A stretch of 64,000 bases of DNA from Flavobacteriales bacterium (lineage in GTDB: Bacteria > Bacteroidota > Bacteroidia > Flavobacteriales_C > GCA-002722245), in the NCBI GenBank assembly GCA_023251095.1, contig JAHEZL010000007.1, positions 15,136-79,135 of the forward strand, in the 5' to 3' direction. The position numbers and the translations under genes were made by a program. The notes under the pieces are model-generated. The model was not told where the DNA came from. It saw only the letters and a program-made list of their open reading frames with translations, and made no database searches. Positions 17,069 through 26,022 of this stretch are shown here, in pieces; positions within the stretch are counted from its first letter, which is position 1; every line of letters begins with the position of its first letter.

Positions 17069-17989
17069 ATGCAAGGATTGGTCATTAAATCAACAGGGAG
17101 CTGGTACGAAGTGCAATTGGAGAATAAAACTCTTATCTCTGCCCGTATCCGCGGGAAGTTCAGGATGGAAGGTTTTAAAGTAACCAATCCTGTTACCGTT
17201 GGAGATATTGTTGATTTGGAAGAAGACAAAGAGAATTACGTCATTCATAAAATTCATCCGCGAAAAAATTATATCATTCGTAAGTCGGTGAATTTATCCA
17301 AACAGTATCATATTCTGGCAGCCAATCTGGATCAGGCGGTACTGATGGTTTCGGCAACGCATCCTAAAACGTATTCGGAATTTATCGATCGTTTTTTGGT
17401 GACTGCCACTGCTTATCATATTCCGGGTGTGATCATCATCAACAAAACCGATTTGTACGGAGCAGAGGAAATGGAACAGTTGAAACAATGGATGGAAATT
17501 TATACTGCAGCCGGATACAAATGCATTGCCGCAAGTGTGGTCAGCGGAGAAGGAATTAAAGAAGTAGAAGAATTATTGAAACATAAAATATCAGTGGTGT
17601 CGGGACATTCAGGCGTTGGTAAATCTTCGTTGATCAACAAAATTGATCCGCGTTTGAATTTAAAAACAGCCATCGTTTCCGAGATGCACGAGCAGGGAAA
17701 ACATACTACCACTTTTGCAGAAATGCATCCATTGGCTTTTGGCGGATATATTATTGATACGCCGGGAATCAAAGGTTTGGGTTTAGCAGATATGAAAAAA
17801 GAGGAAGTGTGTAAATACTTTCCTGAGTTTTTGCCCTTCGCCGAGCACTGTCGTTTCAACAATTGTGTGCATATCAAAGAGCCCGGTTGCGCGGTGAAAG
17901 AAGCGGTGATCACTAAAAAAATCCGCGAAGAACGTTACAACAGCTACCTCAATATTTACCACGAAGACGAGCAAGAAAATTACAGATAA
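17069..17989 (+). CDS. rsgA: Ribosome small-subunit-dependent GTPase A.
   Basis: It has an OB-fold N-terminus, a circularly permuted GTPase (VVSGHSGVGKSSLIN) and a C-terminal zinc-finger cysteine cluster (CRFNNCVHIKEPGC). Confidence 0.85.
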   Translation: MQGLVIKSTGSWYEVQLENKTLISARIRGKFRMEGFKVTNPVTVGDIVDLEEDKENYVIHKIHPRKNYIIRKSVNLSKQYHILAANLDQAVLMVSATHPKTYSEFIDRFLVTATAYHIPGVIIINKTDLYGAEEMEQLKQWMEIYTAAGYKCIAASVVSGEGIKEVEELLKHKISVVSGHSGVGKSSLINKIDPRLNLKTAIVSEMHEQGKHTTTFAEMHPLAFGGYIIDTPGIKGLGLADMKKEEVCKYFPEFLPFAEHCRFNNCVHIKEPGCAVKEAVITKKIREERYNSYLNIYHEDEQENYR

Positions 17990-18441
17990 TGAAAGCCGTA
18001 GTTCAAAGAGTTTCCCGAGCAAGTGTCACAGTGGATAATTCCATCGTTGGTAAAATTGATCGGGGCTTATTGATTTTACTGGGTGTTCAGGAGGGTGATA
18101 CGCAAGAGGATTTAGAATGGCTCTCCACAAAAATTTCAAAAATGCGCATCTTTTCCGATGCAGGGGGTAAAATGAATTTAGCGGTGCAGGAGGTGAAAGG
18201 AAGAGTTTTGGTAGTGAGTCAATTTACTTTGCTGGCGAGTACTAAAAAAGGAAACCGACCATCGTACGATAATTCAGCAAAGCCCGATATTGCCAAAAAA
18301 ATTTATGAGGATTTCTGCATAAAAATGGAAGAGCTGTTGAACGATAAAATAGAAAGAGGAATCTTCGCTGCCGACATGAAAGTGGAGTTGCTCAACGACG
18401 GTCCGGTTACCATCATCATAGATTCAAAAAACAGAGAATAA
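17989..18441 (+). CDS. dtd: D-aminoacyl-tRNA deacylase.
   Basis: The sequence MKAVVQRVS...GLLILLGV...SQFTL is the canonical Dtd pattern, at about 150 aa. Confidence 0.85.
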   Translation: MKAVVQRVSRASVTVDNSIVGKIDRGLLILLGVQEGDTQEDLEWLSTKISKMRIFSDAGGKMNLAVQEVKGRVLVVSQFTLLASTKKGNRPSYDNSAKPDIAKKIYEDFCIKMEELLNDKIERGIFAADMKVELLNDGPVTIIIDSKNRE

Positions 18442-18767
18442 TGGAAATTTCAGCTTATCAGAAAGAAGTGGATCAGTGGATCAAAGATCACGGCGTTCGC
18501 TATTTTAATGAACTCACCAATACTGCTTTGTTGATGGAAGAAGTGGGGGAGTTGGCACGCATCATGGCGCGGAAATATGGCGAGCAATCTTTTAAAAATG
18601 CCGAAGAAGAAAAAAACTTAGGCGATGAAATGGCCGATGTACTTTTTGTGCTCACTTGTTTGGCCAATCAAACAGGAGTGAATCTGGAAGAAGCGATTAA
18701 ACGAAACATGGAAAAGAAAACTTCGCGCGATAAAAACCGACATAAAGAGAATGATAAATTGAAATAA
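18441..18767 (+). CDS. MazG-like nucleotide pyrophosphohydrolase (YpjD family).
   Basis: The EEVGELARI and DEMADVLFVL motifs are present, at 108 aa. Confidence 0.75.
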   Translation: MEISAYQKEVDQWIKDHGVRYFNELTNTALLMEEVGELARIMARKYGEQSFKNAEEEKNLGDEMADVLFVLTCLANQTGVNLEEAIKRNMEKKTSRDKNRHKENDKLK

Positions 18768-18905
18768 AAAAAACCTCCTGTTTAAGGAGGTTTTTTTTGT
18801 TTAGCTAGGTTACAGGCACTCTTACCAACATGTATATTTTCACATGTTTTTTTATAGTTGTAAGGATCAACTGGGTTAAAAGTATAGTGAAAACAGCAGA
18901 AGCCC
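18765..18905 (-). ncRNA. Candidate small RNA, copy 2. It contains GCCTGTAACCTAGCT and a stem AACATGT/ACATGTT, and ends at the bidirectional terminator.
   Basis: The 3' ~60 nt align with copy 1 (TAGCTAGGYTACAGGC..CTTA..CAACAT..ATTTT..ATGTTTT..ATAGT). Three CGG-core repeats lie upstream at 18928-18981. The -7 box is imperfect (TATCTTTT). Confidence 0.25.
18774..18790. terminator. Bidirectional intrinsic terminator (CCTCCT-gtttaa-GGAGG) flanked by A8 and T8.
   Basis: The hairpin has an A-tract upstream and a T-tract downstream. It terminates the mazG-like gene on the + strand and the candidate sRNA on the - strand. Confidence 0.55.
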
Positions 18906-18927
18906 ACCATAAAAGATAGAGCACTTA

Positions 18928-18981
18928 TTTTGCGGTAAGAAATGCAGTTTTATCGGTTGGATTTATAGATTAACGGCAGGG
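18928..18981 (-). promoter_or_regulatory. Three operator-like repeats (TTTTGCGGTAAGA, TTTTATCGGTTGG, ATTAACGGCAGGG) at ~20-21 bp spacing, oriented toward the minus strand.
   Basis: They resemble TTTAACGGTAGGG and TTTTAACGGTAAG at 10203-10235. The flank CACTTATTT is conserved in both copies. Confidence 0.3.
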
Positions 18982-19017
18982 TAAACTCATAATCCATCTT
19001 GCGAATGCAAAAAAAAA

Positions 19018-19041
19018 TCCCTCCCGATTGCCCGGGAGGGA
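19018..19041 (-). terminator. Intrinsic terminator for the minus-strand small Cys-rich gene.
   Basis: The hairpin TCCCTCCCG-attgc-CCGGGAGGGA has a T9 tract on the minus strand. Confidence 0.55.
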
Positions 19042-19062
19042 TTTATCATTTATAGTCGGCTA

Positions 19063-19356
19063 TTATTCATGCTTGCAGCATCCTTTTTTACCTTCTTTGC
19101 TGTCGCATTTTTTATCAGCAGCACAGCATTTGTTTTTCTCACACAATGCTTTGCATTCTTCAGCAAGTTTTTTACCTGCTTCGCTGTTTTTTTCTGCATC
19201 GGTCATGGCTTTGTACTGAGCACATTTTTCCTTGCATACTTTGTCTTTGCAGTTTTTACAGCAGTCGGCTTTTTTACAACAATCACCATCTCCGGCGTTA
19301 GCGGTAAATGCGAAGGCAAATAAAGCGATGAATAACATTCCTATATACTTTTTCAT
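19063..19356 (-). CDS. Small secreted Cys- and Lys-rich protein (16 Cys in a ~76-aa mature region), possibly metallothionein-like and metal-binding.
   Basis: The signal peptide is MKKYIGMLFIALFAFAFTANA. There are CC, CxxC and CxxxC clusters. A terminator lies downstream. The opposite-strand ORF 19069..19323 is a Phe-rich shadow. Confidence 0.45.
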   Translation of the reverse strand: MKKYIGMLFIALFAFAFTANAGDGDCCKKADCCKNCKDKVCKEKCAQYKAMTDAEKNSEAGKKLAEECKALCEKNKCCAADKKCDSKEGKKGCCKHE

Positions 19357-19410
19357 AATTGTAGAATTAAAATGGTTTGAATAATTAAATTAATTTTTCG
19401 ATTGGATTAT

Positions 19411-19734
19411 TCAAACTTTAGGAGGGTTCCACGCTTCTCCGTTGAAAACAGAAAGTATGTTTTCTGAACGTAAATTCATTTTTTCTTTGGTGACAACAGC
19501 TTTTTTAAAAGAAAGGGTTTGCGATTGTGGAATAAAGCCCATCATGGAGCAGCAGCTTACAAAGGGATTACAGCCTTTTCCGTAGCAATTTTTTTTGTGG
19601 TTTTTTTCAGGAGTTTGTTCGTTTTTTACTTTGCAACAGGAGTGTTCTTTTTTCACTTCATGATTGGCCATCAAAGTATCTGCTGATACCAGTATTAAAA
19701 TATGAAGGGCCAATATGCTTGCTAAAAATTTCAT
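19411..19734 (-). CDS. Small secreted Cys-containing protein of unknown function (CC...C..C...CC pattern).
   Basis: There is a signal peptide (MKFLASILALHILILVSA) and cysteine pairs (SCCKVK..., CYGKGCNPFVSCCS). Confidence 0.4.
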   Translation of the reverse strand: MKFLASILALHILILVSADTLMANHEVKKEHSCCKVKNEQTPEKNHKKNCYGKGCNPFVSCCSMMGFIPQSQTLSFKKAVVTKEKMNLRSENILSVFNGEAWNPPKV

Positions 19735-19798
19735 GTATTGAAGATACTACATTTGTATAGCGGATAGCAAATAAGAAAAGGGAATTACAAAAAATTAA

Positions 19799-20218
19799 CT
19801 ACTTACAGTTGCAGTCTTTTTTCTCATCAAGTAAACCGAAATCAGTCACTACTGTTGAGGAGGTTCGCACATCCACAACAACGAAATACTCCTTGTTGTT
19901 TAAAGGGATTTCAATGTAATAGGTTTTAGGCGCTTTGTGAACGTTGGTGCGATCGTGGTTAAATTCAACGTCGCCATCGTGAATGCCTTTTGTGATTTGA
20001 ATTTTTGAAGTGTTATGGCACGTTGCTATGCATTGAACACTGTCGCTCAAACTGATTTTACTTTCCATGATGGCCGATTTCACTCTGTTGCCCGGCAACC
20101 AGCTTACAGCATTATTATTCAAAGGATCGTCTTCGCGTTTCATTAATGAATAAACAATAACTAAAGAGGTAAGACCTGCGCTGGTAAAGAAAATGATGAA
20201 TCGTCGTTTGCGTGTCAT
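19799..20218 (-). CDS. Hypothetical membrane-anchored protein.
   Basis: It has a single N-terminal transmembrane segment and no recognisable motif. Confidence 0.3.
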   Translation of the reverse strand: MTRKRRFIIFFTSAGLTSLVIVYSLMKREDDPLNNNAVSWLPGNRVKSAIMESKISLSDSVQCIATCHNTSKIQITKGIHDGDVEFNHDRTNVHKAPKTYYIEIPLNNKEYFVVVDVRTSSTVVTDFGLLDEKKDCNCK

Positions 20219-20223
20219 GGAAA

Positions 20224-21447
20224 TTAAAATGCGGCCATTAATAAATCGATGTCTTTGTAAGGCAAGCTGAAAGCTTCTCCTAAAATTTTATTGGTGATGG
20301 TTCCGCGGTACATGTATACACCGTGACGCAAACCTGTGTTTTTCTTAACCATTTTTTCAATGCCGCCGTTCTGACCGATATCCAGAATTAACGGAGTAAA
20401 TACGTTGCTTAAGGCATAAGAGGCAGTACGTGATACACGGGCTGCAATGTTTGGAACGCAATAATGAATAACGCCGTGTTTTTTGTAAACCGGACTCTCA
20501 TGAGAAGTCACTTCTGAAGTTTCGAAACATCCACCGCAATCAATACTCACATCTACTATCACCGAACCTTGTCTCATATCGGCAACCATTTCTTCAGAAA
20601 CAACGCAAGGCGTTTTCCCATCTACGGGACGTAGTGCGCCAATTACTACATCGGCATTTTTCAATGCTTTTCGCAAAACTTTAGGCTGAAGAACCGACGT
20701 GTTTAAACGTTGTCCCACGTGGTTTTGCAATCTTCTTAATTTATAAATGTTGTCATCAAAAACTCTTACGGAAGCTCCTAATCCTAAGGCTGCACGTGTT
20801 GCGAATTCGCCGACTGTGCCTGCTCCAATGATGACTACTTCTGTTGGTTTAACGCCTGAAATTCCGCCTAACATTTGTCCGTAACCACCTCGCATATTAC
20901 TTAAATGCTCAGCGGCAATAAGTATTGACGAGGTTCCTGCAATCTCGCTCATTGCGCGAACGATAGGGTAAATTCCTTCGGCATCTTTAATATAATCGAA
21001 GGCGATGGCTGTCACTTTTTTCGACATCAGCTGCTGCATGAAGTTACGTGGCTGAACCGGTAATTGCAGGGCTGAGAATAGGATTTGTTTGGAAGTAGGA
21101 TTGAGGAATTTTATTTCTTCGAGAGAAGGAGGAGAAACTTTAAGGAGAATATCTGCTTTGTAAACTTCTTCTTTGTTGTGGGCTATTTCGGCACCGGCTT
21201 CGCTGTAATCGCGGTCCTGGAAATTTGCGCCTTCGCCTGCTTTCGATTCAACAATCACGCGGTGACCGTTGCTTACCAGCACTGCTACTGAATCGGGAAC
21301 CAGCGGAACCCTGTTTTCCTGAATGGCACTTTCTTTCGGCATACCAATAAAAAGGGAGCTTTCGCGGCGACTCAATTCAAGGGTTTCCTCCTGCGGTAAG
21401 AACGCCGACTTAGCGAGGGTTCTTAGTAAATCTTCTGATGACCTCAT
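20224..21447 (-). CDS. ald: Alanine dehydrogenase. The true start may be the internal Met at about 21342.
   Basis: The Rossmann motif VVIIGAGTVGEFATRAALGLGASVRVFD is present. The segment MPKESAIQENRVPLVP resembles the canonical Ald N-terminus. The listed ORF has a ~35-aa N-terminal extension. Confidence 0.75.
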   Translation of the reverse strand: MRSSEDLLRTLAKSAFLPQEETLELSRRESSLFIGMPKESAIQENRVPLVPDSVAVLVSNGHRVIVESKAGEGANFQDRDYSEAGAEIAHNKEEVYKADILLKVSPPSLEEIKFLNPTSKQILFSALQLPVQPRNFMQQLMSKKVTAIAFDYIKDAEGIYPIVRAMSEIAGTSSILIAAEHLSNMRGGYGQMLGGISGVKPTEVVIIGAGTVGEFATRAALGLGASVRVFDDNIYKLRRLQNHVGQRLNTSVLQPKVLRKALKNADVVIGALRPVDGKTPCVVSEEMVADMRQGSVIVDVSIDCGGCFETSEVTSHESPVYKKHGVIHYCVPNIAARVSRTASYALSNVFTPLILDIGQNGGIEKMVKKNTGLRHGVYMYRGTITNKILGEAFSLPYKDIDLLMAAF

Positions 21448-21863
21448 CTTGCTTCAGTAACAGTAATTTTTCGAATTAATTTTTCCTCTTCTATCTGAAT
21501 CACAATGTGATTAGAAGGGATTAAGTTAAATATTTTTTCCGGCCATTCAATAAAGCAGTAAAAATTTGAGTCGAGATAATCCTCAATTCCAATGTCTAAA
21601 GCTTCGTTTTCATCCTTTAATCTATAGCAGTCAAAGTGATAAACTTTTTTGTTTGATGGGGAAAAATATTCGTTGACGATCGAAAAAGTCGGACTGCTTG
21701 CTGCGCCTTCACAATTTAAAATTTCACAAAAGCTTTTTGTCAGGGTTGTTTTTCCTGCGCCCATTTCTCCTTCCAGTAAAAATATGCGATGTTGCGGAAA
21801 AGCCTGCAGGATTTGTGCTGCAATGCTTTTTAGTTCATCGGTGGAGGAGCAGGTAAACTTCAT
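21444..21863 (-). CDS. tsaE: tRNA threonylcarbamoyladenosine biosynthesis ATPase TsaE.
   Basis: The P-loop LLEGEMGAGKTTLTK is present. The protein is 139 aa. Confidence 0.8.
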   Translation of the reverse strand: MKFTCSSTDELKSIAAQILQAFPQHRIFLLEGEMGAGKTTLTKSFCEILNCEGAASSPTFSIVNEYFSPSNKKVYHFDCYRLKDENEALDIGIEDYLDSNFYCFIEWPEKIFNLIPSNHIVIQIEEEKLIRKITVTEAR

Positions 21864-21939
21864 GCTTTCAAATATACAAATGCGATTGAAAATCGCTTTA
21901 AATTTTATTTCAGATTAAAAATCTGAAATTACACACTTG

Positions 21940-23484
21940 CTATTTCGTTTGCAAAGTTATACAAGGAACTATCATTTCTTCTAATGAGAGTCCGCCATGC
22001 TGAAAAGTGTTTTTGTAATGTTTCGCGTAATGGTTGAAATTATTTGGATATGCGAAGAAACCTGCGTTTTTCGCGAAAATATAACGCGCGCTGATGTGCG
22101 ATTTCGGCAGTCGGATTTCTTCTGGTTTTATGACTTCAAAAACTTCTTTCGGATTGTATTGCATTCCTTGTCCTTGCTTGTAACGCAGGTTGGTAGTGAG
22201 TTCCTTACTGCCTACAACTTTTACCGCATCTTTCACGCGAATGGTTCCATGATCGGTGCTGATTACTAAAGTTGCTTTTTTCTCACTTATTTTTTTGATG
22301 AAATCCAAAAGCGGAGAATGGTTAATCCACGAGCGAATTAACGAACGATAAGCGCCTTCATTTTCGGCCAGCTCGCGGAGGACTTTGGTGTCGGTTCTTG
22401 CATGAGATAAGGAATCCACGAAGTTGTATACTACTACATTCAAATCATTGGTGTTCATATTGTTCACTGAATCTACTAGTTTTTTGCTTTGATCTAAGTT
22501 GGTGATTTTGGTATAACCCCATTTGATGTTGTGTCCATTTTTCTTTAGCATGGCATCTATAAACTGTTCTTCAGAATTGTTTTTTCCGCCTTCTTCATCT
22601 ACCCACAGTTGCGGAAAGGTTTTTTGTATTTCTGCAGGCATCATTCCTGCAAAAATAGCGTTGCGTGCAAACTGAGTAGCGGTAGGCAATATAGAATAAT
22701 AACAATCTTCTTCTTTCACCATGAAATATTCGCTGAAAGTTTCCTGTAAAACTTTCCATTGATCGTAACGCAAGCAATCAATCAGTAAAAAATAAACCGG
22801 ATTTCCTTTGCCAATGTGGGGTGCTACTTTTTGTTTGAAAAGGTTGTTCGACATTAACGGCGCATCTTGTGGCTTGTTCACCCACGACACGTAATTTCTT
22901 TCCACGTATTTGCAAAACTGCAGATTGGCTTCGGCTTTTTGCGTATCCAGAGTTTCCGTCATGCTGGGCTCCTTGGCTAAATCCATCTGCATGTCCCAGT
23001 ATACCATTTCCTTGTAAAAGCTGATCCATTCGCGCCAGTCCATGTTTTCATTGAGGCGCATGGAGATTTTACGGAATTCTTGTAAATATTCGGAAACCGA
23101 TTTTTGGCTCACCAGTTTTTTCTCGTCGAGATTCTTTTTAATCGACAGTAAAATTTGGTTGGGATTCACAGGTTTGATAAGGTAATCGGAGATTTCCGAA
23201 CCAATGGCATTTTCCATGATCATCTCTTCCTCACTTTTGGTGATCATGATGACAGGGATAGATTTCTTGATTTTCTTGATTTCCTGAAGGGTGTCGATAC
23301 CTGTGAGTCCGGGCATGTTTTCATCTAAAAAAACAATGTCAAAATATTCTGATCTTATTTTTTCCAGGGCTTCGTTGCCGCTTAAAACTGTGCAAACGTC
23401 GTAGCCTTTGGCAGTTAAAAAGAGCACATGCGGTTTCAATAAATCAATTTCGTCGTCGGCCCAGAGTATTTTAATTTTATCCAT
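21940..23484 (-). CDS. porX: PorX-like T9SS response regulator (REC domain plus a C-terminal PglZ/alkaline-phosphatase-superfamily domain).
   Basis: An N-terminal receiver (ILWADDEIDLL...FLDENMPGLTG) is followed by a ~380-aa C-terminal domain. The overall size is ~514 aa. This is the same architecture as PorX. Confidence 0.6.
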   Translation of the reverse strand: MDKIKILWADDEIDLLKPHVLFLTAKGYDVCTVLSGNEALEKIRSEYFDIVFLDENMPGLTGIDTLQEIKKIKKSIPVIMITKSEEEMIMENAIGSEISDYLIKPVNPNQILLSIKKNLDEKKLVSQKSVSEYLQEFRKISMRLNENMDWREWISFYKEMVYWDMQMDLAKEPSMTETLDTQKAEANLQFCKYVERNYVSWVNKPQDAPLMSNNLFKQKVAPHIGKGNPVYFLLIDCLRYDQWKVLQETFSEYFMVKEEDCYYSILPTATQFARNAIFAGMMPAEIQKTFPQLWVDEEGGKNNSEEQFIDAMLKKNGHNIKWGYTKITNLDQSKKLVDSVNNMNTNDLNVVVYNFVDSLSHARTDTKVLRELAENEGAYRSLIRSWINHSPLLDFIKKISEKKATLVISTDHGTIRVKDAVKVVGSKELTTNLRYKQGQGMQYNPKEVFEVIKPEEIRLPKSHISARYIFAKNAGFFAYPNNFNHYAKHYKNTFQHGGLSLEEMIVPCITLQTK

Positions 23485-23543
23485 TCGTTCAATTTGAGTT
23501 TAAAAGTTTTAATTTGGTCACTCGCTGATAAAAATAGAAATAA

Positions 23544-24779
23544 GTGAGCAGCAAGCCATACAATAAGAGAAAGATCATCAACGACCCGGTGTACGGTTTT
23601 ATTACCCTGCCCCATGAAATCATTTACGATTTAATTGAACATCCCTTCTTTCAAAGGCTGCGGAGGATACGCCAGTTGGGCTTAACCACTATGGTTTACC
23701 CGGGGGCTTATCATACCCGTTTTCATCATGCCTTGGGGGCGATGCATTTAGCAACGGAGGCCATTGCGACTTTAAAAACCAAAGGAATTCAAATTACGGA
23801 TGATGAGGCAAGAGGCGTTACTATCGCTATTTTACTGCACGATATCGGTCACGGTCCATTTTCACATGCGTTGGAAAATTCAATCGTGAAAGGAACGGGC
23901 CACGAAACTTTGTCGCTCATGATCATGGAGCAATTGAATGAGCAATTCAATGGTCAATTGACTTTGGGCATCTCTATTTTTAAAGATGAATATCCTAAAC
24001 GCTTTTTACATCAGTTGATCTCAAGTCAATTAGATGTGGACCGATTGGATTATCTCACCCGCGACAGCTTCTACACAGGCGTAAGCGAAGGAGTAGTAGG
24101 GGTGGAGCGCATCATCAAAATGCTTAATGTAAAAGACGATAATATAGTAGTAGAAGCCAAGGGAATTTATTCCATAGAAAAGTTTTTAATCGCCCGTCAC
24201 ATCATGTACTGGCAAGTGTATTTGCATAAGACGGTAATCTCTGCTGAGTTTCTATTGATTAAGGCTTTGAAAAGAGCAAAAGAACTGGCGGGAAAAGGAG
24301 TACAATTATTTTGTACCCCAACCTTGCAAAAGTTTTTATACAACGATTTTTCTACTGCTGATTTTATAAAAGAGCCGTCTTTATTGAAAGATTTCTCAAG
24401 CTTAGATGATTACGATATCCTAACATCCATCAAGGTTTGGCAGCAACACGATGATTTTATTTTATCCAAGTTGTGCAGTGCTTTAATCAATCGTAAATTG
24501 TATAAAGTAGAATTGCAGGTGGAAGAGTTTGATGCGTCTTATTTGGAAAAAGTGAAGCAAGAAGTGAAAGAAAAATTCTCTATCGACAATAAGGATTTAG
24601 ATTATTTCGTTTTTTCCGACACTGTTGAAAATAGAATCTATAACAAGGATAAAGCTCCGATATTGCTGCAATATAAAGATGGGTCAACAAAAGAAATTAG
24701 TGAAACCTTTGATCTTTTTAATGTAGCAAACTTGACTAAACCAGTGAAGAAGAATTTTTTGTGTTTTCTTAATTCGTAA
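23544..24779 (+). CDS. HD-domain phosphohydrolase.
   Basis: The HD motif reads HTRFHHALGAMHLA...LLHDIGHGPFSH. Confidence 0.7.
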   Translation: MSSKPYNKRKIINDPVYGFITLPHEIIYDLIEHPFFQRLRRIRQLGLTTMVYPGAYHTRFHHALGAMHLATEAIATLKTKGIQITDDEARGVTIAILLHDIGHGPFSHALENSIVKGTGHETLSLMIMEQLNEQFNGQLTLGISIFKDEYPKRFLHQLISSQLDVDRLDYLTRDSFYTGVSEGVVGVERIIKMLNVKDDNIVVEAKGIYSIEKFLIARHIMYWQVYLHKTVISAEFLLIKALKRAKELAGKGVQLFCTPTLQKFLYNDFSTADFIKEPSLLKDFSSLDDYDILTSIKVWQQHDDFILSKLCSALINRKLYKVELQVEEFDASYLEKVKQEVKEKFSIDNKDLDYFVFSDTVENRIYNKDKAPILLQYKDGSTKEISETFDLFNVANLTKPVKKNFLCFLNS

Positions 24780-24782
24780 TTC

Positions 24783-25298
24783 ATGAAGTATTCACTTTTA
24801 TTGCTCTTAATTATTACTTTGAGTGGATGTTATTTGTTTCCACCAAAGGAGCATCAAGATTTTCAATCCGCTTGCGAATGTATTGTTTATAAAAACGAGG
24901 TTGAAGTAGACTATATAGATGATTATAGAGTTGAATATATTGATCCAGAAGAATTTTCACCTGGATCGTGCCATCAAATAAAATGTTCAGGAGTAGAATT
25001 ACTATATGATGATACATCATTTGTTGTGGTTGGAGGAAATGCCGAGGAAGAATTGCAGTTAATTGAAATGACTAAAAAAAAGTATAATAATGATTCTTCA
25101 AGAGTGTATAGTTTTAGACATTTTCCTGATGGAGGAATAAGTTTAACACTTTCTAGGTATTTTCGGGGTGCTGCGGGAAGCACGAGTAATGGCAACTATT
25201 GTGAGTGGAAATTTATTTATTTAGGTCAAAAGAATAATGGATGGCAAGAAGATAGTTCTTGTATTACAAAGATGTGGCCGTGGAATGGCAAAGAATAA
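24783..25298 (+). CDS. Hypothetical lipoprotein.
   Basis: It has a lipoprotein-type signal (LLLIITLSGC) and no recognisable domain. Confidence 0.35.
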   Translation: MKYSLLLLLIITLSGCYLFPPKEHQDFQSACECIVYKNEVEVDYIDDYRVEYIDPEEFSPGSCHQIKCSGVELLYDDTSFVVVGGNAEEELQLIEMTKKKYNNDSSRVYSFRHFPDGGISLTLSRYFRGAAGSTSNGNYCEWKFIYLGQKNNGWQEDSSCITKMWPWNGKE

Positions 25299-25300
25299 TT

Positions 25301-25699
25301 TTAAGCTGCATTTTTCTTTTTCCCTTTTAAGTTATAATCCCTATTAAAAGCTTCTTGTCGAAGTTTAAATCGTTCTGCCAGAATTCGAATACTCTCTTTA
25401 GAAAATCCTTTTTTATAATTGAGCATATCCGAAACCAAACCTTCACTTACCTTAAGTAATTCAGCAATATGTAAGGCTTTCATTTTATGATCTTTCATTA
25501 ATGATTTTAGAAGTTGAACAGGATCTGGTTGTTTTAAAGTTGAATTTTCTCGGTCATGGCTTTCAATTAGAAGAGTCAATAAGTCAATTTCATCATTAAT
25601 GGCTTTTGACTTTGGATTATCCAGTAGTTTTTCTAAAATATCGCAATATTGAAAATATTGCTTATCACTAGTAATGACTTTGTATTTTAAAGTTTCCAT
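25301..25699 (-). CDS. higA: HigA-like antitoxin (XRE-family HTH).
   Basis: There is a C-terminal HTH (ALHIAELLKVSEGLVSDMLNYKKGFS). It overlaps the upstream toxin gene by 13 nt. Confidence 0.6.
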   Translation of the reverse strand: METLKYKVITSDKQYFQYCDILEKLLDNPKSKAINDEIDLLTLLIESHDRENSTLKQPDPVQLLKSLMKDHKMKALHIAELLKVSEGLVSDMLNYKKGFSKESIRILAERFKLRQEAFNRDYNLKGKKKNAA

Positions 25700-26022
25700 G
25701 TTATGGTATATTGTTCGTTTTTATTACAAATTTTATCGTATTCATTATGACTACCAATCCAACAGATGTATAGGTGAATTTCCTTTTCGCCAAATTGATA
25801 TTTACATATCATGCGATAATTATTTCCGCCGATATTAAATATTACTCTTTTGCTACCCCGACCTAATAAATCAGCGCTTCCGAAAGTGGTTAAAATATCC
25901 TGAGGGCTTTCCCAGACGGCAGTTTTAATTTTTAATAACCAATCTTCAAAAGCGGCTTTGCTCAGGGCATGATCATGCGCAAAATTTTCTACGGTTTTTT
26001 CTTTAATCAAATGAACTCTCAT
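25687..26022 (-). CDS. higB: HigB-like type II toxin (RelE/ParE superfamily).
   Basis: The protein is 111 aa and has a ...YICWIGSHNEYDKI motif. The toxin-first gene order is typical of HigBA. Confidence 0.6.
   Translation of the reverse strand: MRVHLIKEKTVENFAHDHALSKAAFEDWLLKIKTAVWESPQDILTTFGSADLLGRGSKRVIFNIGGNNYRMICKYQFGEKEIHLYICWIGSHNEYDKICNKNEQYTITWKL

Noticed and set aside
19069-19323. An 84-aa Phe-rich plus-strand ORF.
   Set aside because: It is a low-complexity mirror of the minus-strand Cys/Lys-rich gene. The minus-strand gene has a signal peptide and a downstream terminator.
20224-21447. The possibility that the alanine dehydrogenase ORF is a fusion or pseudogene, because of its N-terminal extension.
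   Set aside because: The extension is most simply explained by an upstream in-frame ATG. The internal Met at about 21342 gives a canonical Ald N-terminus, and the body of the gene is intact.
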